The position numbers and the translations under genes are program-made. DNA of 64,000 nt from Perkinsela sp. CCAP 1560/9 (Eukaryota; Protista; Euglenozoa: Kinetoplastea), in assembly GCA_965644495.1 (NCBI GenBank), contig CBFFSA010000001.1, positions 2,232,001 to 2,296,000 on the forward strand. The letters are read 5' to 3'. The notes under the pieces are model-generated. The model was not told where the DNA came from, did no database searches, and saw only the letters and a program-made list of their open reading frames with translations. Below, one piece after another: positions 15,801-30,800 of this stretch. The stretch's first letter is position 1; each line of letters starts with the position of its first letter.

Positions 15801-18800
15801 GATCTTAATACAAAAAGTGATCTTAATACAAAAAGTGATCTTAATACAAAAAGTGATCTTAATACAAAAAGTGATCTTAGTACAAAAAGTGATCTTAATA
15901 CAAAAAGTGATCTTAATACAAAAAGTGATCTTAATACAAAAAGTGATCTTAATACCAAAAGTGATCTTAATGCAAAAAGTGATCTTAATACAAAAAGTGA
16001 TCTTAATACAAAAAGTGATCTTAATACAAAAAGTGATCTTAATACAAAAAGTGATCTTAATACAAAAAGTGATCTTAATACAAAAAGTGATCTTAATACA
16101 AAAAGTGATCTTAATACAAAAAGTGATCTTAATACAAAAAGTGATCTTAATACCAAAAGTGATCTTAATGCAAAAAGTGTTCTTAATACAAAAAGTGATC
16201 TTAATATAAAAAGTGATCTTAATACAAAAAGTGATCTTAATACAAAAAGTGATCTTAATACAAAAAGTGGTCTTAATACAAAAAGTGATCTTAATACAAA
16301 AAGTGATCTTAATACAAAAAGTGATCTTAATACAAAAAGTGATCTTAATACAAAAAGTGATCTTAATACAAAAAGTGATCTTAATACAAAAAGTGACCTT
16401 AATACAAAAGGTGATCTTAATACAAAAAGTGATATTAATACAAAAAGTGATCTTAATACCAAAAGTGATCTTAATACAAAAAGTGATCTTAATACCAAAA
16501 GTGATCTTAATGCAAAAAGTGATCTTAATACAAAAAGTGATCTTAATACAAAAAGTGATCTTAATACAAAAAGTGATCTTAATACAAAAAGTGATCTTAA
16601 TACAAAAAGTGATCTTAATACAAAAAGTGATCTTAATACAAAAAGTGATCTTAATACAAAAAGTGATCTTAATACAAAAAGTGATCTTAATGCAAAAAGT
16701 GTTCTTAATACAAAAAGTGATCTTAATACAAAAAGTGATCTTAATACAAAAAGTGATCTTAATACAAAAAGTGATCTTAATACAAAAAGTGGTCTTAATA
16801 CAAAAAGTGATCTTAATACAAAAAGTGATCTTAATACAAAAAGTGATCTTAATACAAAAAGTGATCTTAATACAAAAAGTGATCTTAATACAAAAAGTGA
16901 TCTTAATACAAAAAGTGATCTTAATACAAAAAGTGATCTTAATACCAAAAGTGATCTTAATACAAAAAGTGATCTTAATACAAAAAGTGATCTTAATACA
17001 AAAAGTGATCTGAATACAAAAAGTGATCTTAATACAAAAAGTGATCTTAATACAAAAAGTGATCTTAATACAAAAAGTGATCTTAATGCAAAAAGTGATC
17101 TTAATACAAAAAGTGATCTTAATACAAAAAGTGATCTTAATACAAAAAGTGATCTTAATACAAAAAGTGATCTTAATACAAAAAGTGATGTTAATACAAA
17201 AAGTGATCTTAATACAAAAAGTGATCTTAATACAAAAAGTGATCTTAATACAGAAAGTGATCTTAATACAAAAATTGATCTTAATACAAAAAGTGATCTT
17301 AATACCAAAAGTGATCTTAATACAAAAAGTGATATTAATACAAAAAGTGATCTTAATACAAAAAGTGATCTTAATACAAAAAGTGATCTTAATACAAAAA
17401 GTGATCTTAATACAAAAAGTGATCTTAATACAAAAAGTGATCTTAATACCAAAAGTGATCTTAATACAAAAAGTGATCTTAATACAAAAAGTGATCTTAA
17501 TACAAAAAGTGATCTGAATACAAAAAGTGATCTTAATACAAAAAGTGATCTTAATACAAAAAGTGATCTTAATACAAAAAGTGATCTTAATGCAAAAAGT
17601 GATCTTAATACAAAAAGTGATCTTAATACAAAAAGTGATCTTAATACAAAAAGTGATCTTAATACAAAAAGTGATCTTAATACAAAAAGTGATCTTAATA
17701 CAAAAAGTGATCTTAATACAAAAAGTGATCTTAATACAAAAAGTGATCTTAATACAAAAAGTGATCTTAATACAAAAAGTGATCTTAATACAAAAAGTGA
17801 TCTTAATACAAAAAGTGATCTCAATACAAAAAGTGATCTTAATGCAAAAAGTGATCTTAATACAAAAAGTGATCTTAATACAAAAAGTGATCTTAATACA
17901 AAAAGTGATCTTAATACAAAAAGTGATCTTAATACCAAAAGTGATCTTAATGCAAAAAGTGTTCTTAATACAAAAAGTGATCTTAATACAAAAAGTGATC
18001 CTAATACAAAAAGTGATCTTAATACAAAAAGTGATCTTAATACAAAAAGTGGTCTTAATACAAAAAGTGATCTTAATACAAAAAGTGATCTTAATACAAA
18101 AAGTGATCTTAATACAAAAAGTGATCTTAATACAAAAAGTGATCTGAATACAAAAAGTGATCTTAATACAAAAAGTGATCTTAATACCAAAAGTGATCTT
18201 AATACAAAAAGTGATATTAATACAAAAAGTGATCTTAATACAAAAAGTGATCTGAATACAAAAAGTGATCTTAATACAAAAAGTGATCTTAATACAAAAA
18301 GTGATCTTAATACAAAAAGTGATCTTAATGCAAAAAGTGATCTTAATACAAAAAGTGATCTTAATACAAAAAGTGATCTTAATACAAAAAGTGATCTTAA
18401 TACAAAAAGTGATCTTAATACAAAAAGTGATCTTAATACAAAAAGTGATCTTAATACAAAAAGTGATCTTAATACAAAAAGTGATCTTAATACAAAAAGT
18501 GATCTTAATACAAAAAGTGATCTCAATACAAAAAGTGATCTTAATGCAAAAAGTGATCTTAATACCAACAGTGATCTTAATGCAAAAAGTGTTCTTAATA
18601 CAAAAAGTGATCTTAATACAAAAAGTGATCCTAATACAAAAAGTGATCTTAATACAAAAAGTGATCTTAATACAAAAAGTGGTCTTAATACAAAAAGTGA
18701 TCTTAATACAAAAAGTGATCTTAATACAAAAAGTGATCTTAATACAAATAGTGATCTTAATACCAAAAGTGATCTTAATACAAAAAGTGATCTTAATACA

Positions 18801-21800
18801 AAAAGTGATCTTAATACAAAAAGTGATCTTAATACAAAAAGTGATCTGAATACAAAAAGTGATCTTAATACAAAAAGTGATCTTAATACAAAAAGTGATC
18901 TTAATGCAAAAAGTGATCTTAATACAAAAAGTGATCTTAATACAAAAAGTGATCTTAATACAAAAAGTGATCTTAATACAAAAAGTGATCTTAATACAAA
19001 AAGTTATCTTAATACCAAAAGTGATCTTAATACAAAAAGTGATCTTAATACAAAAAGTGATCTTAAGACAAAAAGTGATCTTAATACAAAAAGTGATCTT
19101 AATACAAAAAGTGATCTTAATACAAAAAGTGATCATAATACAAAAAGTGATCTTAATACAAAAAGTGTTCTTAATACTAAAAGTGATCTTAATACAAAAA
19201 GTGATCTTAATACAAAAAGTGATCTTAATGCAAAAAGTGATCTTAATACCAACAGTGATCTTAATGCAAAAAGTGTTCTTAATACAAAAAGTGATCTTAA
19301 TACAAAAAGTGATCCTAATACAAAAAGTGATCTTAATACAAAAAGTGATCTTAATACAAAAAGTGTTCTTAATACAAAAAGTGATCTTAATACAAAAAGT
19401 GATCCTAATACAAAAAGTGATCTTAATACAAAAAGTGATCTTAATACAAAAAGTGGTCTTAATACAAAAAGTGATCTTAATACAAAAAGTGATCTTAATA
19501 CAAAAAGTGATCTTAATACAAAAAGTGATCTTAATACAAAAAGTGATCTGAATACAAAAAGTGATCTTAATACAAAAAGTGATCTTAATACCAAAAGTGA
19601 TCTTAATACAAAAAGTGATCTTAATACAAAAAGTGATCTTAATACAAAAAGTGATCTGAATACAAAAAGTGATCTTAATACAAAAAGTGATCTTAATACA
19701 AAAAGTGATCTTAATACAAAAAGTGATCTTAATGCAAAAAGTGATCTTAATACAAAAAGTGATCTTAATACAAAAAGTGATCTTAATACAAAAAGTGATC
19801 TTAATACAAAAAGTGATCTTAATACAAAAAGTGATCTTAATACAAAAAGTGATCTTAATACAAAAAGTGATCTTAATACAAAAAGTGATCTTAATACAAA
19901 AAGTGATCTTAATACAAAAAGTGATCTTAATACAAAAAGTGGTCTTAATACAAAAAGTGATCTTAATACAAAAAGTGATCTTAATACAAAAAGTGATCTT
20001 AATACAAATAGTGATCTTAATACCAAAAGTGATCTTAATACAAAAAGTGATCTTAATACAAAAAGTGATCTTAATACAAAAAGTGATCTTAATACAAAAA
20101 GTGATCTGAATACAAAAAGTGATCTTAATACAAAAAGTGATCTTAATACAAAAAGTGATCTTAATGCAAAAAGTGATCTTAATACAAAAAGTGATCTTAA
20201 TACAAAAAGTGATCTTAATACAAAAAGTGATCTTAATACAAAAAGTGATCTTAATACAAAAAGTGATCTGAATACAAAAAGTGATCTTAATACAAAAAGT
20301 GATCTTAATACCAAAAGTGATCTTAATACAAAAAGTGATCTTAATACAAAAAGTGATCTTAATACAAAAAGTGATCTGAATACAAAAAGTGATCTTAATA
20401 CAAAAAGTGATCTTAATACAAAAAGTGATCTTAATACAAAAAGTGATCTTAATGCAAAAAGTGATCTTAATACAAAAAGTGATCTTAATACAAAAAGTGA
20501 TCTTAATACAAAAAGTGATCTTAATACAAAAAGTGATCTTAATACAAAAAGTGATCTTAATACAAAAAGTGATCTTAATACAAAAAGTGATCTTAATACA
20601 AAAAGTGATCTTAATACAAAAAGTGATCTTAATACAAAAAGTGATCTCAATACAAAAAGTGATCTTAATGCAAAAAGTGATCTTAATACCAACAGTGATC
20701 TTAATGCAAAAAGTGTTCTTAATACAAAAAGTGATCTTAATACAAAAAGTGATCCTAATACAAAAAGTGATCTTAATACAAAAAGTGATCTTAATACAAA
20801 AAGTGGTCTTAATACAAAAAGTGATCTTAATACAAAAAGTGATCTTAATACAAAAAGTGATCTTAATACAAATAGTGATCTTAATACCAAAAGTGATCTT
20901 AATACAAAAAGTGATCTTAATACAAAAAGTGATCTTAATACAAAAAGTGATCTTAATACAAAAAGTGATCTGAATACAAAAAGTGATCTTAATACAAAAA
21001 GTGATCTTAATACAAAAAGTGATCTTAATGCAAAAAGTGATCTTAATACAAAAAGTGATCTTAATACAAAAAGTGATCTTAATACAAAAAGTGATCTTAA
21101 TACAAAAAGTGATCTTAATACAAAAAGTTATCTTAATACCAAAAGTGATCTTAATACAAAAAGTGATCTTAATACAAAAAGTGATCTTAAGACAAAAAGT
21201 GATCTTAATACAAAAAGTGATCTTAATACAAAAAGTGATCTTAATACAAAAAGTGATCATAATACAAAAAGTGATCTTAATACAAAAAGTGTTCTTAATA
21301 CTAAAAGTGATCTTAATACAAAAAGTGATCTTAATACAAAAAGTGATCTTAATACAAAAAGTGATCTTAATACAAAAAGTGATCTTAATACAAAAAGTGA
21401 TCTTAATACAAAAAGTGATCTTAATACAAAAAGTGATCTTAATACAAAAAGTGATCTTAATACAAAAAGTGATCTTAATACAAAAAGTGATCTTAATACA
21501 AAAAGTGATCTGAATACAAAAAGTGATCTTAATACAAAAAGTGATCTTAATACAAAAAGTGATCTTAATGCAAAAAGTGATCTTAATACAAAAAGTGATC
21601 TTAATACAAAAAGTGATCTTAATACAAAAAGTGATCTTAATACAAAAAGTGATCTTAATACAAAAAGTTATCTTAATACCAAAAGTGATCTTAATACAAA
21701 AAGTGATCTTAATACAAAAAGTGATCTTAAGACAAAAAGTGATCTTAATACAAAAAGTGATCTTAATACAAAAAGTGATCTTAATACAAAAAGTGATCAT

Positions 21801-24800
21801 AATACAAAAAGTGATCTTAATACAAAAAGTGTTCTTAATACTAAAAGTGATCTTAATACAAAAAGTGATCTTAATACAAAAAGTGATCTTAATACAAAAA
21901 GTGATCTTAATACAAAAAGTGATCTTAATACAAAAAGTGATCTTAATACAAAAAGTGATCTTAATACAAAAAGTGATCTTAATACAAAAAGTGATCTTAA
22001 TACAAAAAGTGATCTTAATACAAAAAGTGATCTTAATACAAAAAGTGATCTGAATACAAAAAGTGATCTTAATACAAAAAGTGATCTTAATACAAAAAGT
22101 GATCTTAATACAAAAAGTGATCTTAAGACAAAAAGTGATCTTAATACAAAAAGTGATCTTAATACAAAAAGTGATCATAATACAAAAAGTGATCTTAATA
22201 CAAAAAGTGTTCTTAATACTAAAAGTGATCTTAATACAAAAAGTGATCTTAATACAAAAAGTGATCTTAATACAAAAAGTGATCTTAATACAAAAAGTGA
22301 TCTTAATACAAAAAGTGATCTTAATACAAAAAGTGATCCTAATACAAAAAGTGATCTTAATACAAAAAGTGATCTTAATACAAAAAGTGATCTTAATACA
22401 AAAAGTGTTCTTAATACTAAAAGTGATCTTAATACAAAAAGTGATCTTAATACAAAAAGTGATCTTAATACAAAAAGTGATCTTAATACAAAAAGTGATC
22501 TTAATACAAAAAGTGATCTTAATACAAAAAGTGATCCTAATACAAAAAGTGATCTTAATACAAAAAGTGATCTTAATACAAAAAGTGATCTTAATACAAA
22601 AAGTGATCTTAATACAAAAAGTGATCTTAATACAAAAAGTGATCTTAATAAAAAAAGTGATCTTAATACAAAAAGTGATCTTAATACAAAAAGTGATCTT
22701 AATACAAAAAGTGATCTTAATAAAAAAAGTGATCTTAATACAAAAAGTTATCTTAATACCAAAAGTGATCTTAATACAAAAAGTGATCTTAATACAAAAA
22801 GTGATCTTAAGACAAAAAGGGATCTTAATACAAAAAGTGATCTTAATACAAAAAGTGATCATAATACAAAAAGTGATCTTAATACAAAAAGTGTTCTTAA
22901 TACAAAAAGTGATCTTAATACAAAAAGTGATCTTAATACAAAAAGTGATCTTAATACAAAAAGTGATCTTAATACAAAAAGTGATCCTAATACAAAAAGT
23001 GATCTTAATACAAAAAGTGATCTTAATACAAAAAGTGATCTTAATACAAAAAGTGATCTTAATACAAAAAGTGATCTTAATACAAAAAGTGATCTTAATA
23101 CAAAAAGTGATCTTAATACAAAAAGTGATCTTAATACAAAAAGTGATCTTAATACAAAAAGTGATCTTAATACAAAAAGTGATCTTAATACAAAAAGTGT
23201 TCTTAATACCAAAAGTGATCTTAATGCAAAAAGTGTTCTTAATACAAAAAGTGATCTTAATACAAAAAGTGATCCTAATACAAAAAGTGATCTTAATACA
23301 AAAAGTGATCTTAATACAAAAAGTGGTCTTAATACAAAAAGTGATCTTAATACAAAAAGTGATCTTAATACAAAAAGTGATCTTAATACAAATAGTGATC
23401 TTAATACCAAAAGTGATCTTAATACAAAAAGTGATCTTAATACAAAAAGTGATCTTAATACAAAAAGTGATCTTAATACAAAAAGTGATCTGAATACAAA
23501 AAGTGATCTTAATACAAAAAGTGATCTTAATACAAAAAGTGATCTTAATGCAAAAAGTGATCTTAATACAAAAAGTGATCTTAATACAAAAAGTGATCTT
23601 AATACAAAAAGTGATCTTAATACAAAAAGTGATCTTAATACAAAAAGTGATCTTAATACCAAAAGTGATCTTAATACAAAAAGTGATCTTAATACAAAAA
23701 GTGATCTTAAGACAAAAAGTGATCTTAATACAAAAAGTGATCTTAATACAAAAAGTGATCTTAATACAAAAAGTGATCATAATACAAAAAGTGATCTTAA
23801 TACAAAAAGTGTTCTTAATACTAAAAGTGATCTTAATACAAAAAGCGATCTTAATACAAAAAGTGATCTTAATACAAAAAGTGATCTTAATACAAAAAGT
23901 GATCTTAATACAAAAAGTGATCTTAATACAAAAAGTGATCTTAATACAAAAAGTGATCTTAATACAAAAAGTGATCTTAATACAAAAAGTGATCTTAATA
24001 CAAAAAGTGATCTTAATACAAAAAGTGATCTTAATACAAAAAGTGATCTTAATACAAAAAGTGTTCTTAATACTAAAAGTGATCTTAATACAAAAAGTGA
24101 TCTTAATACAAAAAGTGATCTTAATACAAAAAGTGATCTTAATACAAAAAGTGATCTTAATACAAAAAGTGATCTTAATACAAAAAGTGATCCTAATACA
24201 AAAAGTGATCTTAATACAAAAAGTGATCTTAATACAAAAAGTGATCTTAATACAAAAAGTGATCTTAATACAAAAAGTGATCTTAATACAAAAAGTGATC
24301 TTAATAAAAAAAGTGATCTTAATACAAAAAGTGATCTTAATACAAAAAGTGATCTTAATACAAAAAGTGATCTTAATAAAAAAAGTGATCTTAATACAAA
24401 AAGTTATCTTAATACCAAAAGTGATCTTAATACAAAAAGTGATCTTAATACAAAAAGTGATCTTAAGACAAAAAGTGATCTTAATACAAAAAGTGATCTT
24501 AATACAAAAAGTGATCATAATACAAAAAGTGATCTTAATACAAAAAGTGTTCTTAATACAAAAAGTGATCTTAATACAAAAAGTGATCTTAATACAAAAA
24601 GTGATCTTAATACAAAAAGTGATCTTAATACAAAAAGTGATCCTAATACAAAAAGTGATCTTAATACAAAAAGTGATCTTAATACAAAAAGTGATCTTAA
24701 TACAAAAAGTGATCTTAATACAAAAAGTGATCTTAATACAAAAAGTGATCTTAATACAAAAAGTGATCTTAATACAAAAAGTGATCTTAATACAAAAAGT

Positions 24801-27800
24801 GATCTTAATACAAAAAGTGATCTTAATACAAAAAGTGATCTTAATACAAAAAGTGATCTTAATACAAAAAGTGATCTTAATACAAAAAGTGATCTTAATA
24901 CAAAAAGTGATCTTAATACAAAAAGTGATCTTAATACAAAAAGTGTTCTTAATACTAAAAGTGATCTTAATACAAAAAGTGATCTTAATACAAAAAGTGA
25001 TCTTAATACAAAAAGTGATCTTAATACAAAAAGTGATCTTAATACAAAAAGTGATCTTAATACAAAAAGTGATCCTAATACAAAAAGTGATCTTAATACA
25101 AAAAGTGATCTTAATACAAAAAGTGATCTTAATACAAAAAGTGATCTTAATACAAAAAGTGATCTTAATACAAAAAGTGATCTTAATAAAAAAAGTGATC
25201 TTAATACAAAAAGTGATCTTAATACAAAAAGTGATCTTAATACAAAAAGTGATCTTAATACAAAAAGTGATCTTAATACAAAAAGTGATCTTAATACAAA
25301 AAGTGATCTTAATACAAAAAGTGATCTTAATACAAAAAGTGATCTTAATACAAAAAGTGATCTTAATACAAAAAGTGATCTGAATACAAAAAGTGATCTT
25401 AATACAAAAAGTGATCTTAATACAAAAAGTGATCTTAATACAAAAAGTGATCTTAAGACAAAAAGTGATCTTAATACAAAAAGTGATCTTAATACAAAAA
25501 GTGATCATAATACAAAAAGTGATCTTAATACAAAAAGTGTTCTTAATACTAAAAGTGATCTTAATACAAAAAGTGATCTTAATACAAAAAGTGATCTTAA
25601 TACAAAAAGTGATCTTAATACAAAAAGTGATCTTAATACAAAAAGTGATCTTAATACAAAAAGTGATCCTAATACAAAAAGTGATCTTAATACAAAAAGT
25701 GATCTTAATACAAAAAGTGATCTTAATACAAAAAGTGTTCTTAATACTAAAAGTGATCTTAATACAAAAAGTGATCTTAATACAAAAAGTGATCTTAATA
25801 CAAAAAGTGATCTTAATACAAAAAGTGATCTTAATACAAAAAGTGATCTTAATACAAAAAGTGATCCTAATACAAAAAGTGATCTTAATACAAAAAGTGA
25901 TCTTAATACAAAAAGTGATCTTAATACAAAAAGTGATCTTAATACAAAAAGTGATCTTAATACAAAAAGTGATCTTAATAAAAAAAGTGATCTTAATACA
26001 AAAAGTGATCTTAATACAAAAAGTGATCTTAATACAAAAAGTGATCTTAATAAAAAAAGTGATCTTAATACAAAAAGTTATCTTAATACCAAAAGTGATC
26101 TTAATACAAAAAGTGATCTTAATACAAAAAGTGATCTTAAGACAAAAAGGGATCTTAATACAAAAAGTGATCTTAATACAAAAAGTGATCATAATACAAA
26201 AAGTGATCTTAATACAAAAAGTGTTCTTAATACAAAAAGTGATCTTAATACAAAAAGTGATCTTAATACAAAAAGTGATCTTAATACAAAAAGTGATCTT
26301 AATACAAAAAGTGATCCTAATACAAAAAGTGATCTTAATACAAAAAGTGATCTTAATACAAAAAGTGATCTTAATACAAAAAGTGATCTTAATACAAAAA
26401 GTGATCTTAATACAAAAAGTGATCTTAATACAAAAAGTGATCTTAATACAAAAAGTGATCTTAATACAAAAAGTGATCTTAATACAAAAAGTGATCTTAA
26501 TACAAAAAGTGATCTTAATACAAAAAGTGTTCTTAATACCAAAAGTGATCTTAATGCAAAAAGTGTTCTTAATACAAAAAGTGATCTTAATACAAAAAGT
26601 GATCCTAATACAAAAAGTGATCTTAATACAAAAAGTGATCTTAATACAAAAAGTGGTCTTAATACAAAAAGTGATCTTAATACAAAAAGTGATCTTAATA
26701 CAAAAAGTGATCTTAATACAAATAGTGATCTTAATACCAAAAGTGATCTTAATACAAAAAGTGATCTTAATACAAAAAGTGATCTTAATACAAAAAGTGA
26801 TCTTAATACAAAAAGTGATCTGAATACAAAAAGTGATCTTAATACAAAAAGTGATCTTAATACAAAAAGTGATCTTAATGCAAAAAGTGATCTTAATACA
26901 AAAAGTGATCTTAATACAAAAAGTGATCTTAATACAAAAAGTGATCTTAATACAAAAAGTGATCTTAATACAAAAAGTGATCTTAATACCAAAAGTGATC
27001 TTAATACAAAAAGTGATCTTAATACAAAAAGTGATCTTAAGACAAAAAGTGATCTTAATACAAAAAGTGATCTTAATACAAAAAGTGATCTTAATACAAA
27101 AAGTGATCATAATACAAAAAGTGATCTTAATACAAAAAGTGTTCTTAATACTAAAAGTGATCTTAATACAAAAAGCGATCTTAATACAAAAAGTGATCTT
27201 AATACAAAAAGTGATCTTAATACAAAAAGTGATCTTAATACAAAAAGTGATCTTAATACAAAAAGTGATCTTAATACAAAAAGTGATCTTAATACAAAAA
27301 GTGATCTTAATACAAAAAGTGATCTTAATACAAAAAGTGATCTTAATACAAAAAGTGATCTTAATACAAAAAGTGATCTTAATACAAAAAGTGTTCTTAA
27401 TACTAAAAGTGATCTTAATACAAAAAGTGATCTTAATACAAAAAGTGATCTTAATACAAAAAGTGATCTTAATACAAAAAGTGATCTTAATACAAAAAGT
27501 GATCTTAATACAAAAAGTGATCCTAATACAAAAAGTGATCTTAATACAAAAAGTGATCTTAATACAAAAAGTGATCTTAATACAAAAAGTGATCTTAATA
27601 CAAAAAGTGATCTTAATACAAAAAGTGATCTTAATAAAAAAAGTGATCTTAATACAAAAAGTGATCTTAATACAAAAAGTGATCTTAATACAAAAAGTGA
27701 TCTTAATAAAAAAAGTGATCTTAATACAAAAAGTTATCTTAATACCAAAAGTGATCTTAATACAAAAAGTGATCTTAATACAAAAAGTGATCTTAAGACA

Positions 27801-30800
27801 AAAAGTGATCTTAATACAAAAAGTGATCTTAATACAAAAAGTGATCATAATACAAAAAGTGATCTTAATACAAAAAGTGTTCTTAATACAAAAAGTGATC
27901 TTAATACAAAAAGTGATCTTAATACAAAAAGTGATCTTAATACAAAAAGTGATCTTAATACAAAAAGTGATCCTAATACAAAAAGTGATCTTAATACAAA
28001 AAGTGATCTTAATACAAAAAGTGATCTTAATACAAAAAGTGATCTTAATACAAAAAGTGATCTTAATACAAAAAGTGATCTTAATACAAAAAGTGATCTT
28101 AATACAAAAAGTGATCTTAATACAAAAAGTGATCTTAATACAAAAAGTGATCTTAATACAAAAAGTGATCTTAATACCAAAAGTGATCTTAATGCAAAAA
28201 GTGTTCTTAATACAAAAAGTGATCTTAATACAAAAAGTGATCCTAATACAAAAAGTGATCTTAATACAAAAAGTGATCTTAATACAAAAAGTGGTCTTAA
28301 TACAAAAAGTGATCTTAATACAAAAAGTGATCTTAATACAAAAAGTGATCTTAATACAAATAGTGATCTTAATACCAAAAGTGATCTTAATACAAAAAGT
28401 GATCTTAATACAAAAAGTGATCTTAATACAAAAAGTGATCTGAATACAAAAAGTGATCTTAATACAAAAAGTGATCTTAATACAAAAAGTGATCTTAATG
28501 CAAAAAGTGATCTTAATACAAAAAGTGATCTTAATACAAAAAGTGATCTTAATACAAAAAGTGATCTTAATACAAAAAGTGATCTTAATACAAAAAGTTA
28601 TCTTAATACCAAAAGTGATCTTAATACAAAAAGTGATCTTAATACAAAAAGTGATCTTAAGACAAAAAGTGATCTTAATACAAAAAGTGATCTTAATACA
28701 AAAAGTGATCTTAATACAAAAAGTGATCATAATACAAAAAGTGATCTTAATACAAAAAGTGTTCTTAATACTAAAAGTGATCTTAATACAAAAAGCGATC
28801 TTAATACAAAAAGTGATCTTAATACAAAAAGTGATCTTAATACAAAAAGTGATCTTAATACAAAAAGTGATCTTAATACAAAAAGTGATCTTAATACAAA
28901 AAGTGATCTTAATACAAAAAGTGATCTTAATACAAAAAGTGATCTTAATACAAAAAGTGATCTTAATACAAAAAGTGATCTTAATACAAAAAGTGATCTG
29001 AATACAAAAAGTGATCTTAATACAAAAAGTGATCTTAATACAAAAAGTGATCTTAATGCAAAAAGTGATCTTAATACAAAAAGTGATCTTAATACAAAAA
29101 GTGATCTTAATACAAAAAGTGATCTTAATACAAAAAGTGATCTTAATACAAAAAGTTATCTTAATACCAAAAGTGATCTTAAGACAAAAAGTGATCTTAA
29201 TACAAAAAGTGATCTTAAGACAAAAAGTGATCTTAATACAAAAAGTGATCTTAATACAAAAAGTGATCATAATACAAAAAGTGATCTTAATACAAAAAGT
29301 GTTCTTAATACTAAAAGTGATCTTAATACAAAAAGTGATCTTAATACAAAAAGTGATCTTAATACAAAAAGTGATCTTAATACAAAAAGTGATCTTAATA
29401 CAAAAAGTGATCTTAATACAAAAAGTGATCTTAATACAAAAAGTGATCTTAATACAAAAAGTGATCTTAATACAAAAAGTGATCTGAATACAAAAAGTGA
29501 TCTTAATACAAAAAGTGATCTTAATACAAAAAGTGATCTTAATGCAAAAAGTGATCTTAATACAAAAAGTGATCTTAATACAAAAAGTGATCTTAATACA
29601 AAAAGTGATCTTAATACAAAAAGTGATCTTAATACAAAAAGTTATCTTAATACCAAAAGTGATCTTAATACAAAAAGTGATCTTAATACAAAAAGTGATC
29701 TTAAGACAAAAAGTGATCTTAATACAAAAAGTGATCTTAATACAAAAAGTGATCATAATACAAAAAGTGATCTTAATACAAAAAGTGTTCTTAATACTAA
29801 AAGTGATCTTAATACAAAAAGTGATCTTAATACAAAAAGTGATCTTAATACAAAAAGTGATCTTAATACAAAAAGTGATCTTAATACAAAAAGTGATCTT
29901 AATACAAAAAGTGATCCTAATACAAAAAGTGATCTTAATACAAAAAGTGATCTTAATACAAAAAGTGATCTTAATACAAAAAGTGTTCTTAATACTAAAA
30001 GTGATCTTAATACAAAAAGTGATCTTAATACAAAAAGTGATCTTAATACAAAAAGTGATCTTAATACAAAAAGTGATCTTAATACAAAAAGTGATCTTAA
30101 TACAAAAAGTGATCCTAATACAAAAATTGATCTTAATACAAAAAGTGATCTTAATACAAAAAGTGATCTTAATACAAAAAGTGATCTTAATACAAAAAGT
30201 GATCTTAAGACAAAAAGTGATCTTAATACAAAAAGTGATCTTAATACAAAAAGTGATCATAATACAAAAAGTGATCTTAATACAAAAAGTGTTCTTAATA
30301 CAAAAAGTAATCTTAATACAAAAAGTGATCTTAATACAAAAAGTGATCTTAATACAAAAAGTGATCTTAATACAAAAAGTGATCCTAATACAAAAAGTGA
30401 TCTTAATACAAAAAGTGATCTTAATACAAAAAGTGATCTTAATACAAAAAGTGATCTTAATACAAAAAGTGATCTTAATACAAAAAGTGATCTTAATACA
30501 AAAAGTGATCTTAATACAAAAAGTGATCTTAATACAAAAAGTGATCTTAATACAAAAAGTGATCTTAATACAAAAAGTGATCTTAATACAAAAAGTGATC
30601 TTAATACAAAAAGTGATCTTAATACAAAAAGTGATCTTAATACAAAAAGTTATCTTAATACCAAAAGTGATCTTAATACAAAAAGTGATCTTAATACAAA
30701 AAGTGATCTTAAGACAAAAAGTGATCTTAATACAAAAAGTGATCTTAATACAAAAAGTGATCTTAATACAAAAAGTGATCATAATACAAAAAGTGATCTT